Source: Bacteroidales bacterium (GTDB lineage: Bacteria; Bacteroidota; Bacteroidia; Bacteroidales; JAUNSR01). Taken from it: 64,000 nucleotides of DNA. The stretch spans positions 3,416 to 67,415 of the forward strand of contig JAVVPN010000003.1 in assembly GCA_036655755.1 (NCBI GenBank), written 5' to 3'. Under the pieces are notes generated by a model that saw only the letters and a list, made by a program, of their open reading frames with translations, was not told where the DNA came from and made no database searches. Each line of letters begins with the position of its first letter. The stretch's first letter is position 1. The position numbers were made by a program, and so were the translations under genes. Shown in pieces: positions 27,594 through 36,545 of this stretch.

Positions 27594-29012
27594 ATGAGCG
27601 GATTTTTTGGATGTGTCTCCCGGAAAGAGTGTGTAAACGATGTTTTTTATGGGACCGATTATCATTCACATTTAGGAACAAAGCGAGCCGGTATGGCGTT
27701 TTTTAACGGAACCGACTTTGTGCGGTCCATTCACAGTCTGGAAAGTGCTTATTTCCGGAACAAATTCGAGGCAGAGCTACCCCGGTTTGGCGATTCATCT
27801 GTCGGGATTGGTGTTATTAGCGATATGGAGTCGCAACCTGTAACGGTAATATCCCATTTAGGCAGGTTTTCGGTCGTAGTGGTCGGGCGCGTAGATAATC
27901 TGCGGGAAATTCAGGAGAAATTTCTAAAAGAGAAAACCCATTTTGCAGAGATGTCGGGGACGGAGATCAACCAAACCGAAATGATTGCGATGCTGATCAA
28001 TGCCGGCGAAACATTTAAAGAGGGTATCGAAAATGTGTACCGCTCGGTAAAGGGGTCTTGCTCTTTTCTGATTCTTACCGAAACCGGTATCTATGCCTGC
28101 CGTGATAAATTCGGACGTACGGCTGTTATCCTCGGTAAAAATGAATACGGCTATGTAGTGGCAAGCGAAAGCTCCTCTTTTACCAACCTGGGGTATAAGA
28201 TAGTGCGCGATTTAGGGCCGGGTGAAGCCTTGCATGTTACGCGCGACGGATTAGCACAGGTAGTCGCTCCGGGTTGTCGTAAGCAGGTTTGCTCTTTTCT
28301 CTGGATTTATTACGGATACCCTTCGTCCGATTACGAAGGCGTTAATGTAGAAGATGCCCGTTACCGTTGCGGCGCCGCGATTGCCCGGCAAGATGCGGTA
28401 GAAATCGATTATGTCGCCGGAATTCCGGATTCAGGGGTGGGTCATGCCATTGGTTACTCAAACGCCCGCAGCATCCCTTACAAACGACCTTTTGTTAAAT
28501 ACACTCCAACATGGCCTCGCAGCTTTATGCCGCAGAATCAGCACATGCGTGATCTGGTAGCAAAAATGAAGCTTATCCCCAATGAGGCATTTACTCGTAA
28601 CGCACGTATCCTTTTCCTGGACGACTCTATTGTGCGTGGCACTCAATTAAAAGACAATGTGGTAAAACTACGCGAATGCGGCGTAAAAGAGGTGCATATG
28701 CGTATTGCTTGTCCGCCATTGGTTTATCCATGTAAATTCCTTAACTTTTCTTCTTCCCGTTCTACATTCGATTTGTTTACCCGTCGTGTAATTCGCGACC
28801 TAGAGGGTACATCCGATCTTACCCCTGAGCTATTGGCTCCCTATTCCGATCCCGATTCTGACAAATATCAACAGATGCTTAGTGTGATGGCACAACATCT
28901 GCAACTCGATTCGTTGAAGTTTCAGCGTCTCGACGATTTGGTTACGGCTATCGGCCTGCCTAAAGACGATTTGTGTACTCACTGCTGGGACAATTCAAGC
29001 TATACGGAATGA
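27594..29012 (+). CDS. amidophosphoribosyltransferase-like protein (class II amidotransferase fold + PRTase domain), non-canonical N-terminus
   Basis: The PRPP-binding motif ILFLDDSIVRGTQL is present. The N-terminus MSGFFGCVS aligns to the MCG(I/V)xG of PurF, but with Ser in the nucleophile position. Confidence 0.75.
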   Translation: MSGFFGCVSRKECVNDVFYGTDYHSHLGTKRAGMAFFNGTDFVRSIHSLESAYFRNKFEAELPRFGDSSVGIGVISDMESQPVTVISHLGRFSVVVVGRVDNLREIQEKFLKEKTHFAEMSGTEINQTEMIAMLINAGETFKEGIENVYRSVKGSCSFLILTETGIYACRDKFGRTAVILGKNEYGYVVASESSSFTNLGYKIVRDLGPGEALHVTRDGLAQVVAPGCRKQVCSFLWIYYGYPSSDYEGVNVEDARYRCGAAIARQDAVEIDYVAGIPDSGVGHAIGYSNARSIPYKRPFVKYTPTWPRSFMPQNQHMRDLVAKMKLIPNEAFTRNARILFLDDSIVRGTQLKDNVVKLRECGVKEVHMRIACPPLVYPCKFLNFSSSRSTFDLFTRRVIRDLEGTSDLTPELLAPYSDPDSDKYQQMLSVMAQHLQLDSLKFQRLDDLVTAIGLPKDDLCTHCWDNSSYTE

Positions 29013-29025
29013 AAATTTAAGAATA

Positions 29026-29060
29026 CAAAAAGAGGACATGCTTTTGCATGTCCTCTTTTT
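29026..29060. terminator. bidirectional intrinsic terminator
   Basis: A 10-bp perfect stem GAGGACATGC/GCATGTCCTC with a TTTT loop is flanked by A5 and T6. Confidence 0.8.
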
Positions 29061-29095
29061 TGAAAAGAATATTTTCTTTTTTGTTTTTGCAGCGA

Positions 29096-29428
29096 TTATT
29101 TCTTCAAAAAACAAGTTTTCAAAACGATTGAGCTTCCGTCGATTTTGCAATCTACATATTCAGGCTCTTCTGTCAAACGGATGCTTTTTACTTTCGTACC
29201 ACGTTTGATTACCATTGATGATCCTTTTACTTTCAGGTCTTTGATCACTGTTACCGAATCGCCATCCATCAATTCTGCTCCATTGCTGTCGCGTGGTACT
29301 GATGATGTTTCTTCTTCACCTTCTTCTCCGGCCGTCCATTCATACCCACAATCCGGACACACATTCAATACTCCGTCGAAGTATGTGTTGTCCATCTTAC
29401 ACTTAGGGCAGTCTAAGATTTCACTCAT
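29096..29428 (-). CDS. yjdM: zinc-ribbon protein YjdM/PhnA family
   Basis: The 110-aa ORF has CPKC...CPDC zinc-ribbon cysteines and a conserved C-terminal domain (VIKDLKVKGSS..IKRGTKV..IRL). Confidence 0.85.
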   Translation of the reverse strand: MSEILDCPKCKMDNTYFDGVLNVCPDCGYEWTAGEEGEEETSSVPRDSNGAELMDGDSVTVIKDLKVKGSSMVIKRGTKVKSIRLTEEPEYVDCKIDGSSIVLKTCFLKK

Positions 29429-29500
29429 AAATGCAGTAGTTTTTAATTATTCGGCTGCAAAGTTAATCAAAAAAACGGGTTTTCGGAAAATCGCTTTCAA

Positions 29501-29701
29501 TCAGCTTCGTGTCCTTACAAAAATGCGACGCAACTCCTCTTCATCTTTCTGTGCGTCTTCCGGATGATCAACCTTATGTTGTTTCAGCCATTCGCGAAAA
29601 TGTTGTTCATCTTCTTCGTGAATCTGGCGCTGAGTGAATTGTTCCGCTTCGTTATTCGCCTTCTGTTCATTCTCCTTCAGATCGTGCTTTTTCTGTGCCA
29701 T
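29501..29701 (-). CDS. small charged hypothetical protein (66 aa)
   Basis: The ORF fills an otherwise empty gap. It is highly charged with no recognisable motif. Coding status is uncertain. Confidence 0.3.
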   Translation of the reverse strand: MAQKKHDLKENEQKANNEAEQFTQRQIHEEDEQHFREWLKQHKVDHPEDAQKDEEELRRIFVRTRS

Positions 29702-29848
29702 ATTTTTTCAGTTTAAACGTAATCTACTCTCTATTAAACAAAGCAGGTTTAAGAAAAGTTGTTCATAATCCAATAAAAACCCGTATCTTGCGGCCGATTC
29801 ACAACTTTGTGATCAAATTAATACTGCGTGGTGCAGTAACTATATTAC

Positions 29849-30976
29849 ATGAAATTTACTGATTTGAACATTGAGAAGCCAATTCTAAAGGCGCTTCTTG
29901 AGAAAGGATATACGACTCCTACCCCTATTCAACAACAAGCAATTCCCGTTATTTTAGATAAAAAAGATGTTCTGGGCTGTGCTCAGACAGGAACCGGTAA
30001 AACGGCTGCTTTTTCTATTCCGATTATTCAGCATCTTTATCAGGCAGCACCTGCGGATAAAGGGCCGCGTCGCATCCAGGCGCTTATTCTGACACCTACG
30101 CGCGAGCTTGCTATTCAGATCGCCGATTGTGTGGCCGAATACAGCCGTTATACCAATTTGCGTCATTGCGTGATATTCGGGGGTGTAAAACAGGGGGCTC
30201 AGACAGAGAAACTCAAAAAAGGGGTGGATATTCTTATCGCTACTCCGGGCCGTTTGCTCGATTTGATGCAGCAAGGATATATCACCTTAGAGCACATCCG
30301 CTATTTTGTGCTTGACGAGGCCGATCACATGCTCGATATGGGATTCATCCATGATATCAAGCGGATTCTACCTAAATTGCCAAAGAAAAGACAAACATTG
30401 TTTTTCTCTGCAACCATGCCGCCGGCAATTGCGTCGCTTGCCAATTCGATTCTATTCCATCCGGTACGCGTAGAGGTTGCACCCGCATCATCAACTGTTG
30501 AAACGGTAGAGCAATACCTGTATGCTATTGAGAAAAAAGAAAAGAAAAACCTCTTGATCCATCTGTTGCAGAAACAGAATTATCCCTCGGTACTTGTTTT
30601 CTCTCGTACTAAACACGGAGCCGACAAAATTGTGAAAGATTTACGCAAGGTGGGCATCGGCAGCGAAGCGATCCATGGTAATAAATCGCAGAACGCACGT
30701 CAGCGCGCGCTTACGCTGTTTAAAGAAAATCAAATCCGGGTATTGATCGCAACCGATATTGCCGCTCGTGGTATCGATGTGAGCCAGTTGTCGCTGGTAA
30801 TCAATTACGACCTGCCGAATGTACCCGAAACATATGTACACCGTATTGGCCGTACAGGGCGTGCCGGTGAAAAAGGACTTGCTTTCACTTTCTGTGATTC
30901 GGAAGAAAAACCGTTGTTGAAGGATATCGAAAAACTAATCGGTAACCGGATCATCAAACGGGCCAAAATAGATTGA
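29849..30976 (+). CDS. DEAD-box ATP-dependent RNA helicase
   Basis: Q-motif, AQTGTGKT, PTRELA, DEAD (here DEADHM), SAT and HRIGRTGRAG motifs are present. Confidence 0.92.
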   Translation: MKFTDLNIEKPILKALLEKGYTTPTPIQQQAIPVILDKKDVLGCAQTGTGKTAAFSIPIIQHLYQAAPADKGPRRIQALILTPTRELAIQIADCVAEYSRYTNLRHCVIFGGVKQGAQTEKLKKGVDILIATPGRLLDLMQQGYITLEHIRYFVLDEADHMLDMGFIHDIKRILPKLPKKRQTLFFSATMPPAIASLANSILFHPVRVEVAPASSTVETVEQYLYAIEKKEKKNLLIHLLQKQNYPSVLVFSRTKHGADKIVKDLRKVGIGSEAIHGNKSQNARQRALTLFKENQIRVLIATDIAARGIDVSQLSLVINYDLPNVPETYVHRIGRTGRAGEKGLAFTFCDSEEKPLLKDIEKLIGNRIIKRAKID

Positions 30977-31006
30977 TCAATCTTACTTATATTATTCTTG
31001 TAACCA

Positions 31007-32269
31007 ATGACTTTTGATTCTTTTAAACTGATTCATCCCCTTTTAAAAGCTCTTGAAAAAGGAAATTTTCTCACTCCGACGCCGATTCAGGAGATGGCAA
31101 TCCCTGTGTTGATGGAGGGGAAAGACTTAATGGCATTCGCTCAGACCGGAACCGGCAAGACGGCTGCTTTTTTGTTGCCTCTGCTCCAAAAGGTTTACAA
31201 AAATAACCGCAACGGCATAAAAGCGCTGATTCTGACTCCGACGCGTGAATTGGCTCAGCAAACAGGCGAAGCGATCTATCTGTTGGGAAAATACATGGAT
31301 GTGGCCCACGCTGTTATTTACGGCGGTGTGCCGCATGACGAGCAGATCGAAATGTTTCGCGGGCAAGTGGATATCGTGGTGGCTACGCCGGGTCGTTTGC
31401 TCGACCTGCTGGGGCGCAACGCACTTAAACTCGATCAGGTGAATACTTTTGTGCTGGATGAGGCCGACCGCATGCTCGACATGGGCTTTATTGAGGATGT
31501 ACAACGTATCTTATCGACACTGCCTCCCAAGCGTCAGTCGATGTTGTTTTCGGCTACCATGTCACCCACGATCGCGGGGTTGGCAGATGTTATGCTGTCT
31601 GAGCCCGAACGTGTGTTTGCGGCCCCTACGGCATCTGCTTCTGAGCTGATTGAACAGAAAGTATATTATATCGAAAAGCAAAACAAACCCTCGTTGTTGA
31701 TTGATTTTCTTCGGAAAGAGGAGGTAAAGACGGCAATTGTGTTTACCAAAACCCGCAAAAGTGCGGATGCTTTGCACATACGCTTGCAGGAAGCGGGTTT
31801 TAGTAGCGACCGCCTTCATTCCGATCGTTCTCAACATGCGCGCGATACGATTCTGACGGCTTTTCGTAACGGCGAGTTGCCGATTCTGGTAGCTACCGAC
31901 ATTGCTGCGCGCGGCATAGATGTGGCGCATCTTACGCATGTGTTTAATTACGAGTTGCCTCAAGAGGCCGAAACCTATATTCATAGGGTAGGGCGTACCG
32001 GCAGAGCAGGGAAGGAGGGTATCGCCATCACTTTGTGCGAGCCCGACGATAAGGCGATGCTGGGGGATATTCAGAAATTGATGCGCAAGTGTATTCCTGT
32101 TGTTGAAAATCATACGTATGCTACGCTGGCATTGAAACAGGCGCTCGAAGTGGCCGATCTTAAAATCGCGGGTAAAGCGGTTGCGAAAAAAGGCTATAAG
32201 GGAAGTAAGGCCAACGGCGATTATTTCCGACGTCAGAAGATGGCACAGCGAAAGGGAAAAAATAAATAA
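31007..32269 (+). CDS. DEAD-box ATP-dependent RNA helicase with basic C-terminal tail
   Basis: AQTGTGKT, PTRELA, DEADRM, SAT and HRVGRTGRAG motifs are present. The tail is Lys/Arg-rich. Confidence 0.92.
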   Translation: MTFDSFKLIHPLLKALEKGNFLTPTPIQEMAIPVLMEGKDLMAFAQTGTGKTAAFLLPLLQKVYKNNRNGIKALILTPTRELAQQTGEAIYLLGKYMDVAHAVIYGGVPHDEQIEMFRGQVDIVVATPGRLLDLLGRNALKLDQVNTFVLDEADRMLDMGFIEDVQRILSTLPPKRQSMLFSATMSPTIAGLADVMLSEPERVFAAPTASASELIEQKVYYIEKQNKPSLLIDFLRKEEVKTAIVFTKTRKSADALHIRLQEAGFSSDRLHSDRSQHARDTILTAFRNGELPILVATDIAARGIDVAHLTHVFNYELPQEAETYIHRVGRTGRAGKEGIAITLCEPDDKAMLGDIQKLMRKCIPVVENHTYATLALKQALEVADLKIAGKAVAKKGYKGSKANGDYFRRQKMAQRKGKNK

Positions 32270-32298
32270 TCAGTTTACTCAAAATACTGTATAAAAAA

Positions 32299-32341
32299 AT
32301 ATCCTTGATATACTTTAAAAGATATATCAAGGATATTTTTT
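32299..32341 (+). terminator. intrinsic terminator after the helicase pair
   Basis: A 14-bp perfect stem ATATCCTTGATATA/TATATCAAGGATAT is followed by T5. Confidence 0.8.
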
Positions 32342-32360
32342 GCTTCTTAAATAAGGCTTC

Positions 32361-33569
32361 TTATCCTACAATAACGCGTTCTGTTTTTTTGCTGTTGCGA
32401 ATCAGATAGATTCCTGAGGGAAGCGAGATGAGCTGTCCGCGATTTGCGTTCGGCAAGCGTCTGATTAATTGTCCGGAGATGGTGTAAATCTCAATCGGAC
32501 CTGCTTGGGCAGACAGAATATGAATCCCTTCGTGCGTACCGTACGCGATCTTCTGATCCTCTTTTATCGTTGATATGCCGGTTGCTGTTTGATAGTCGCT
32601 TAAGCGCACGTTATCGATATTGATACCGCCGGTAGTATTGTCGGCCTTTACGAATTTAACGCGTACAGAGCCCGGTTTATTTACTACAAAGCGGTATTCC
32701 GACATTCCGTTGGTTGTTACGTTATTTCCTCTTTTTACAGCGATATTGCTGTTTATTTCGTGCCAGTTTTTTCCCTGATCGGTAGAGTAATAAAGTCCTA
32801 CAGCGAGGCTTTTAGCTGCGTCGGCTCTGTAGTTTCCTGCCCAGAAGCGAACTTCTCCTAATCCGTTTCCTTTATCGGAAAGAAGTTCGAGAGAGCCTTT
32901 CTCACCGCTCGATCCTTCTGTAAAGCGTAATCGGATTGAGGCTTTCTCCCATTTGTTATCTTCTCCCGTTTCGCCCCATGTGCCACCTTTTATTTTCCAT
33001 ACGCCGGTTTCTCCTGTATAGGTTCCTCCTGCGAATACAGAGCTCGAGCTAGCCGCCACATATCCTTTGGTATCGAACGTCTCGTATGTATTCCAAAGCA
33101 TCGTTTCGGTATCGGTAAGCGTAGATTCCTCGAAATAATGATTGTTGATACTTTTAACCCCCGGACGGCTATTATACTCCCGTAATAACCCGCACACGGT
33201 AACTTTCTTTTTCCAATGTTCGGGATGGGTGCTTAAATCCACATCTCCGAAAGAACTTTTCGAAAGCTGCAGGGTCATACATTTGTTTACGTCGATTTCA
33301 TCTTTCGAATCGGCAATCAGATACGCGTATGTTCCGTTAAAGGGGGGTGCAACCTCATAAAAATGTTTACTGTTTGAATAGCTGTCGTATTCGCCCACGA
33401 TATATCCGGTAACCCAATAGGTTTTTGATGAGCCGTCGGTTTTAGAAAGTCCCTGGGTTACGCTTAAAGGTTGCTCTTCTGTACCCGTCTGAGCCTGTAT
33501 TTCAGTGCTCATCGTAAAAAAGAGTACGCCCGCGCAAACAAGGTGTTTGTTTGAGTAGATTTGTTTCAT
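32361..33569 (-). CDS. secreted protein of unknown function with T9SS (Por) C-terminal sorting domain
   Basis: The signal peptide ends ...EIQAQ. The C-terminal ~75 aa (IEIYTISGQLIRRL...LPSGIYLIRNSKKTERVIVG) fit the T9SS CTD pattern. The N-terminal YWVTGYIVGEY segment resembles OB-like domains of secreted Bacteroidota proteins. Confidence 0.7.
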   Translation of the reverse strand: MKQIYSNKHLVCAGVLFFTMSTEIQAQTGTEEQPLSVTQGLSKTDGSSKTYWVTGYIVGEYDSYSNSKHFYEVAPPFNGTYAYLIADSKDEIDVNKCMTLQLSKSSFGDVDLSTHPEHWKKKVTVCGLLREYNSRPGVKSINNHYFEESTLTDTETMLWNTYETFDTKGYVAASSSSVFAGGTYTGETGVWKIKGGTWGETGEDNKWEKASIRLRFTEGSSGEKGSLELLSDKGNGLGEVRFWAGNYRADAAKSLAVGLYYSTDQGKNWHEINSNIAVKRGNNVTTNGMSEYRFVVNKPGSVRVKFVKADNTTGGINIDNVRLSDYQTATGISTIKEDQKIAYGTHEGIHILSAQAGPIEIYTISGQLIRRLPNANRGQLISLPSGIYLIRNSKKTERVIVG

Positions 33570-33591
33570 AATTAAGTGATTGTGTGTTTAT

Positions 33592-33625
33592 AAAAACAGA
33601 GGCGTCCTTTCGGGGGACGCCTCTG
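33592..33625 (-). terminator. intrinsic terminator after the DUF349 gene
   Basis: An 11-bp perfect stem CAGAGGCGTCC/GGACGCCTCTG is followed on the minus strand by a T-run (TTTTTAT). Confidence 0.8.
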
Positions 33626-33643
33626 TAAAAATATATAATGAAT

Positions 33644-35452
33644 TTATTTCAGATTTTCGTCGATCACGTCGATTTTCTGAGCGATCGTATTCATATCTTC
33701 TTTGATCTTTTCGATCTTGCGTTCCATCTCTTTCACCAAAGCGTTACCTCCCTTAGAAGAAGAAGAAAGGAATCCAACATTGTTTTCGTACGTTTTCAGT
33801 TCCGTCTTCATATGATCGAAGGCACGCATCAGTTTTTCGCGTTCGCGATACAGTGCGTTTTGTGACTGATTACCATCGGCAAGTTTACCTACGTTTGCCG
33901 TAAAGTTGTCAAGATGTGCTTTACGACCCTGTTTGTTAAAGCGAGCGAATAAAATATCAAGCATACCCTGGTATTCCTTGAAGATTTTATCTTTCTCCTT
34001 AAACGGTACATGCCCGATGTTTTTCCATTCGGCCATGATATCCTGCAATTCTTTGAACTGACTCTCCTGATTTTCCGACATTGCGCGTAGCTTTTCAATC
34101 AATACCTTTTTAGCTTCAAGGTTTGCTGTTTCTGCCGAACGTGAGCTTGACGAGTTTTTCTCTTTCTGTTCGAAGAAATAATCGCAAGCCGCAATAAATC
34201 GGTTCCAAAGCATATCTGAATATTTGCGGGCAACCGGTCCAACCTTTTTCCATTCTTTCTGAAGAGCGATTAGCTGATCAGTCGTGTGCTTCCAGTCGGT
34301 ACTGTCTTTCAACGCTTCTGCTTTTTCACACAGAGCACGTTTCAATTCCAGATTTGAGGCCAGCTGGTCTTTCATCTGTTGAAAATATACCGATTTGGCA
34401 GCGAAGAATTCATCGCAAGCTTTACGGAAACGGTCGAACAGCAGGTTGTTTACTTTTTTAGAAGCGAATCCCACTTTCTTCCATTGCTCTTGCAGGTCAA
34501 TGACTTCTTTGGTTTTGTTTTCCCATGCCTGGAATGATTTCAGGTCGGCAACGTTAAGCTCTTCTATTTTTTTGCAAAGTTCCTCTTTCTGACGCTCATT
34601 TTCAGCTTCTGTTTCTTTGATGTTTTCAAAGAATTGCTGATGACGTTTGTTAATCGAAGTGGACGCGTCTTTAAAACGGTTCCATAACTCTTCACGCATA
34701 TTCGGAGCTACCGGGCCGGTCTGACGCCACTCTTCATGCAATTCCTGCAAACGGCGGAAAGCTGCAATGATATCGTTCTCTGTAGTCAGTGCTTCAGCTT
34801 CCGTACACAACGCTTCTTTGTGCTCCTGATTTTTCTTGAAATCATAGTCGCGCAATTCTTTATTGATCTTAAGCAGGTCGTAGAATGTTTCTGTGTACTT
34901 CTGGAAGTTCTTCCACAACTCATTTACATGAGTCGGCGGGATATCTGTAATCTCACGGAATCTTTTTGACAGTTCCTGAAATTCATTGTAGTATTTGTTG
35001 ATATTGTCGCTGTCGTCCGCAATTTTACGGATTTCTTCGAGTACCGCTTGTTTAAGGGCCAGGTTCTCGCGGCGACGAGCTTCTTTTGCTTCGAGAGCAG
35101 CAGCTTTTTTAGCTTTAAAATCATTCAAGAGCGTCTTCAAGCCTTCTTCCAGGGAGTCTGGTTCTACGGTAAAATCTGTTTCCGCATTTCCGGCTTCCAC
35201 GAACGCAGCCTTTGCTGTTTCAATTTCATGTTTGCGTAGTTTATAATAAAGCTGCTTGAGCGACTCCACTTCCTCTTTTACATCTTCCGGCGACTGTCCG
35301 ATCAGAATCTGAAGGCGAGCGATTACTTCTTCGCGGTTATTATAATCTTTTTTAGGCATCTCCTGCGTTTTGGCAGGCTCCTGTGTCCGTGTTTCGTTAA
35401 CCTGAGGATTTTCAGCGTTGAGCGATTCGGAAGTTGCAAGAACATCAGTCAT
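33644..35452 (-). CDS. DUF349 repeat protein (coiled-coil rich, 602 aa)
   Basis: About five tandem ~70-aa repeats carry the DUF349 signature (e.g. LQEQWKKVGFASKKVNNLLFDRFRKACDEFF, LQKEWKKVGPVARKYSDMLWNRFIAACDYFF). Confidence 0.85.
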   Translation of the reverse strand: MTDVLATSESLNAENPQVNETRTQEPAKTQEMPKKDYNNREEVIARLQILIGQSPEDVKEEVESLKQLYYKLRKHEIETAKAAFVEAGNAETDFTVEPDSLEEGLKTLLNDFKAKKAAALEAKEARRRENLALKQAVLEEIRKIADDSDNINKYYNEFQELSKRFREITDIPPTHVNELWKNFQKYTETFYDLLKINKELRDYDFKKNQEHKEALCTEAEALTTENDIIAAFRRLQELHEEWRQTGPVAPNMREELWNRFKDASTSINKRHQQFFENIKETEAENERQKEELCKKIEELNVADLKSFQAWENKTKEVIDLQEQWKKVGFASKKVNNLLFDRFRKACDEFFAAKSVYFQQMKDQLASNLELKRALCEKAEALKDSTDWKHTTDQLIALQKEWKKVGPVARKYSDMLWNRFIAACDYFFEQKEKNSSSSRSAETANLEAKKVLIEKLRAMSENQESQFKELQDIMAEWKNIGHVPFKEKDKIFKEYQGMLDILFARFNKQGRKAHLDNFTANVGKLADGNQSQNALYREREKLMRAFDHMKTELKTYENNVGFLSSSSKGGNALVKEMERKIEKIKEDMNTIAQKIDVIDENLK

Positions 35453-35583
35453 AGCTACTTGAATTAATTGCTGTTAATTAAACTTTTAGTATTACAAAAT
35501 AAGGGAAATATTCTCGGATAACAATCAAGTCGCTCTCTTTTTTGAGAGAAAGAACAGACTTTCTCGTTAAAATGCGCTAAAAA

Positions 35584-36360
35584 CTACGTGTTCAGTATCT
35601 CAACACACCCAAAACCAAGTCCGACCTTGTCTCCTAAACCGGTATTATAAATAAGATGATGAAGTGCCGGATGCGCCTTGAAACGGAACTTATACATATA
35701 TCCGATGATTTTTGTCTCTTCCTCTGTAAAGCGTTTGATGAAAATACCTTTTCTTTTTGGTGTAGATAGCAATTCAAAGCTATAATCTGGCTGATGCGGG
35801 AAATCGTGCCCGTAAAAATGACGGTATTTGTCCAGCAGAATATTCATTAATGTCTGGCTATAATTGAGATCTTCGGGCGAAATATACTCTACGCTTTTAT
35901 TCTGACGTAAAGAGGATACCACAATGGGTGATAAAGAAAGATAATCGATTGATTTCGGAAAATCAACCTTATTGATCTCTTCAATGCTTTCGGTTACGAA
36001 TTCGACCTGAGTTTTCCGGTCGCCTATTAAAAGTACCTGATTGGTAAGTATCTTCTTAATAAATTCTGCCGTACCCCGTTCCGGAAGGAAAGAGATCCAG
36101 AACTGAACTTTGCGGGCCAATACGTGCAGGCGATCTTCTTCTACTTTGATTTTCGGTATGTAGAAATTGGATAATGAAAAAAGTTTGTGTTTGATGTTGT
36201 TATCCGCGATGAAGCCGTTCATCTCGAGCCATTCATTGTATTCCTTTTTATTCTCGGTTAACTTTTTGTAAATACATGAAGATAGTTCAAATTGGTAACT
36301 AACTGGCAAAATATTCCCAAACGCTTCATTTCGAACGACTAAAACTATCTTAAATCTCAT
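35584..36360 (-). CDS. cas6: Cas6-like (RAMP superfamily) endoribonuclease homologue, stand-alone
   Basis: MRFKIVLVV...LPVSYQFELSSCIYKKL, HKLFSLSNF and a C-terminal GLGDKVGLGFG are present. The last fits the Cas6 glycine-rich loop GhGxxxxxGhG. I prefer the ATG at 36360 to the TTG at 36366. Confidence 0.7.
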   Translation of the reverse strand: MRFKIVLVVRNEAFGNILPVSYQFELSSCIYKKLTENKKEYNEWLEMNGFIADNNIKHKLFSLSNFYIPKIKVEEDRLHVLARKVQFWISFLPERGTAEFIKKILTNQVLLIGDRKTQVEFVTESIEEINKVDFPKSIDYLSLSPIVVSSLRQNKSVEYISPEDLNYSQTLMNILLDKYRHFYGHDFPHQPDYSFELLSTPKRKGIFIKRFTEEETKIIGYMYKFRFKAHPALHHLIYNTGLGDKVGLGFGCVEILNT

Positions 36361-36533
36361 ATACAAATAAATTTGGTGTAAAAATATAAAAAAGTCAAAA
36401 TAATAAAGCCAAAAAGAGCCAATTATTTTGACAGAATTTTGCTTTTATTTGAATATGCTCTGCTTATTTTACCTAATAAGTCAAAAATAGAATGGATAAG
36501 TATATAAGTTCTATCCGACAGGCATGATTTTAT

Positions 36534-36541
36534 TATTTTTG
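36534..36541 (+). promoter_or_regulatory. candidate -7 box for ttcA (implies leaderless or very short leader mRNA)
   Basis: TATTTTTG ends 4 nt before the ATG at 36546. Confidence 0.4.
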
Positions 36542-36545
36542 CAGC

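Noticed and set aside
29849-32269. Tandem DEAD-box helicase genes considered as a novel system.
   Set aside because: Both carry all canonical motifs. Paralogous DEAD-box helicases side by side are common housekeeping or cold-adaptation genes.
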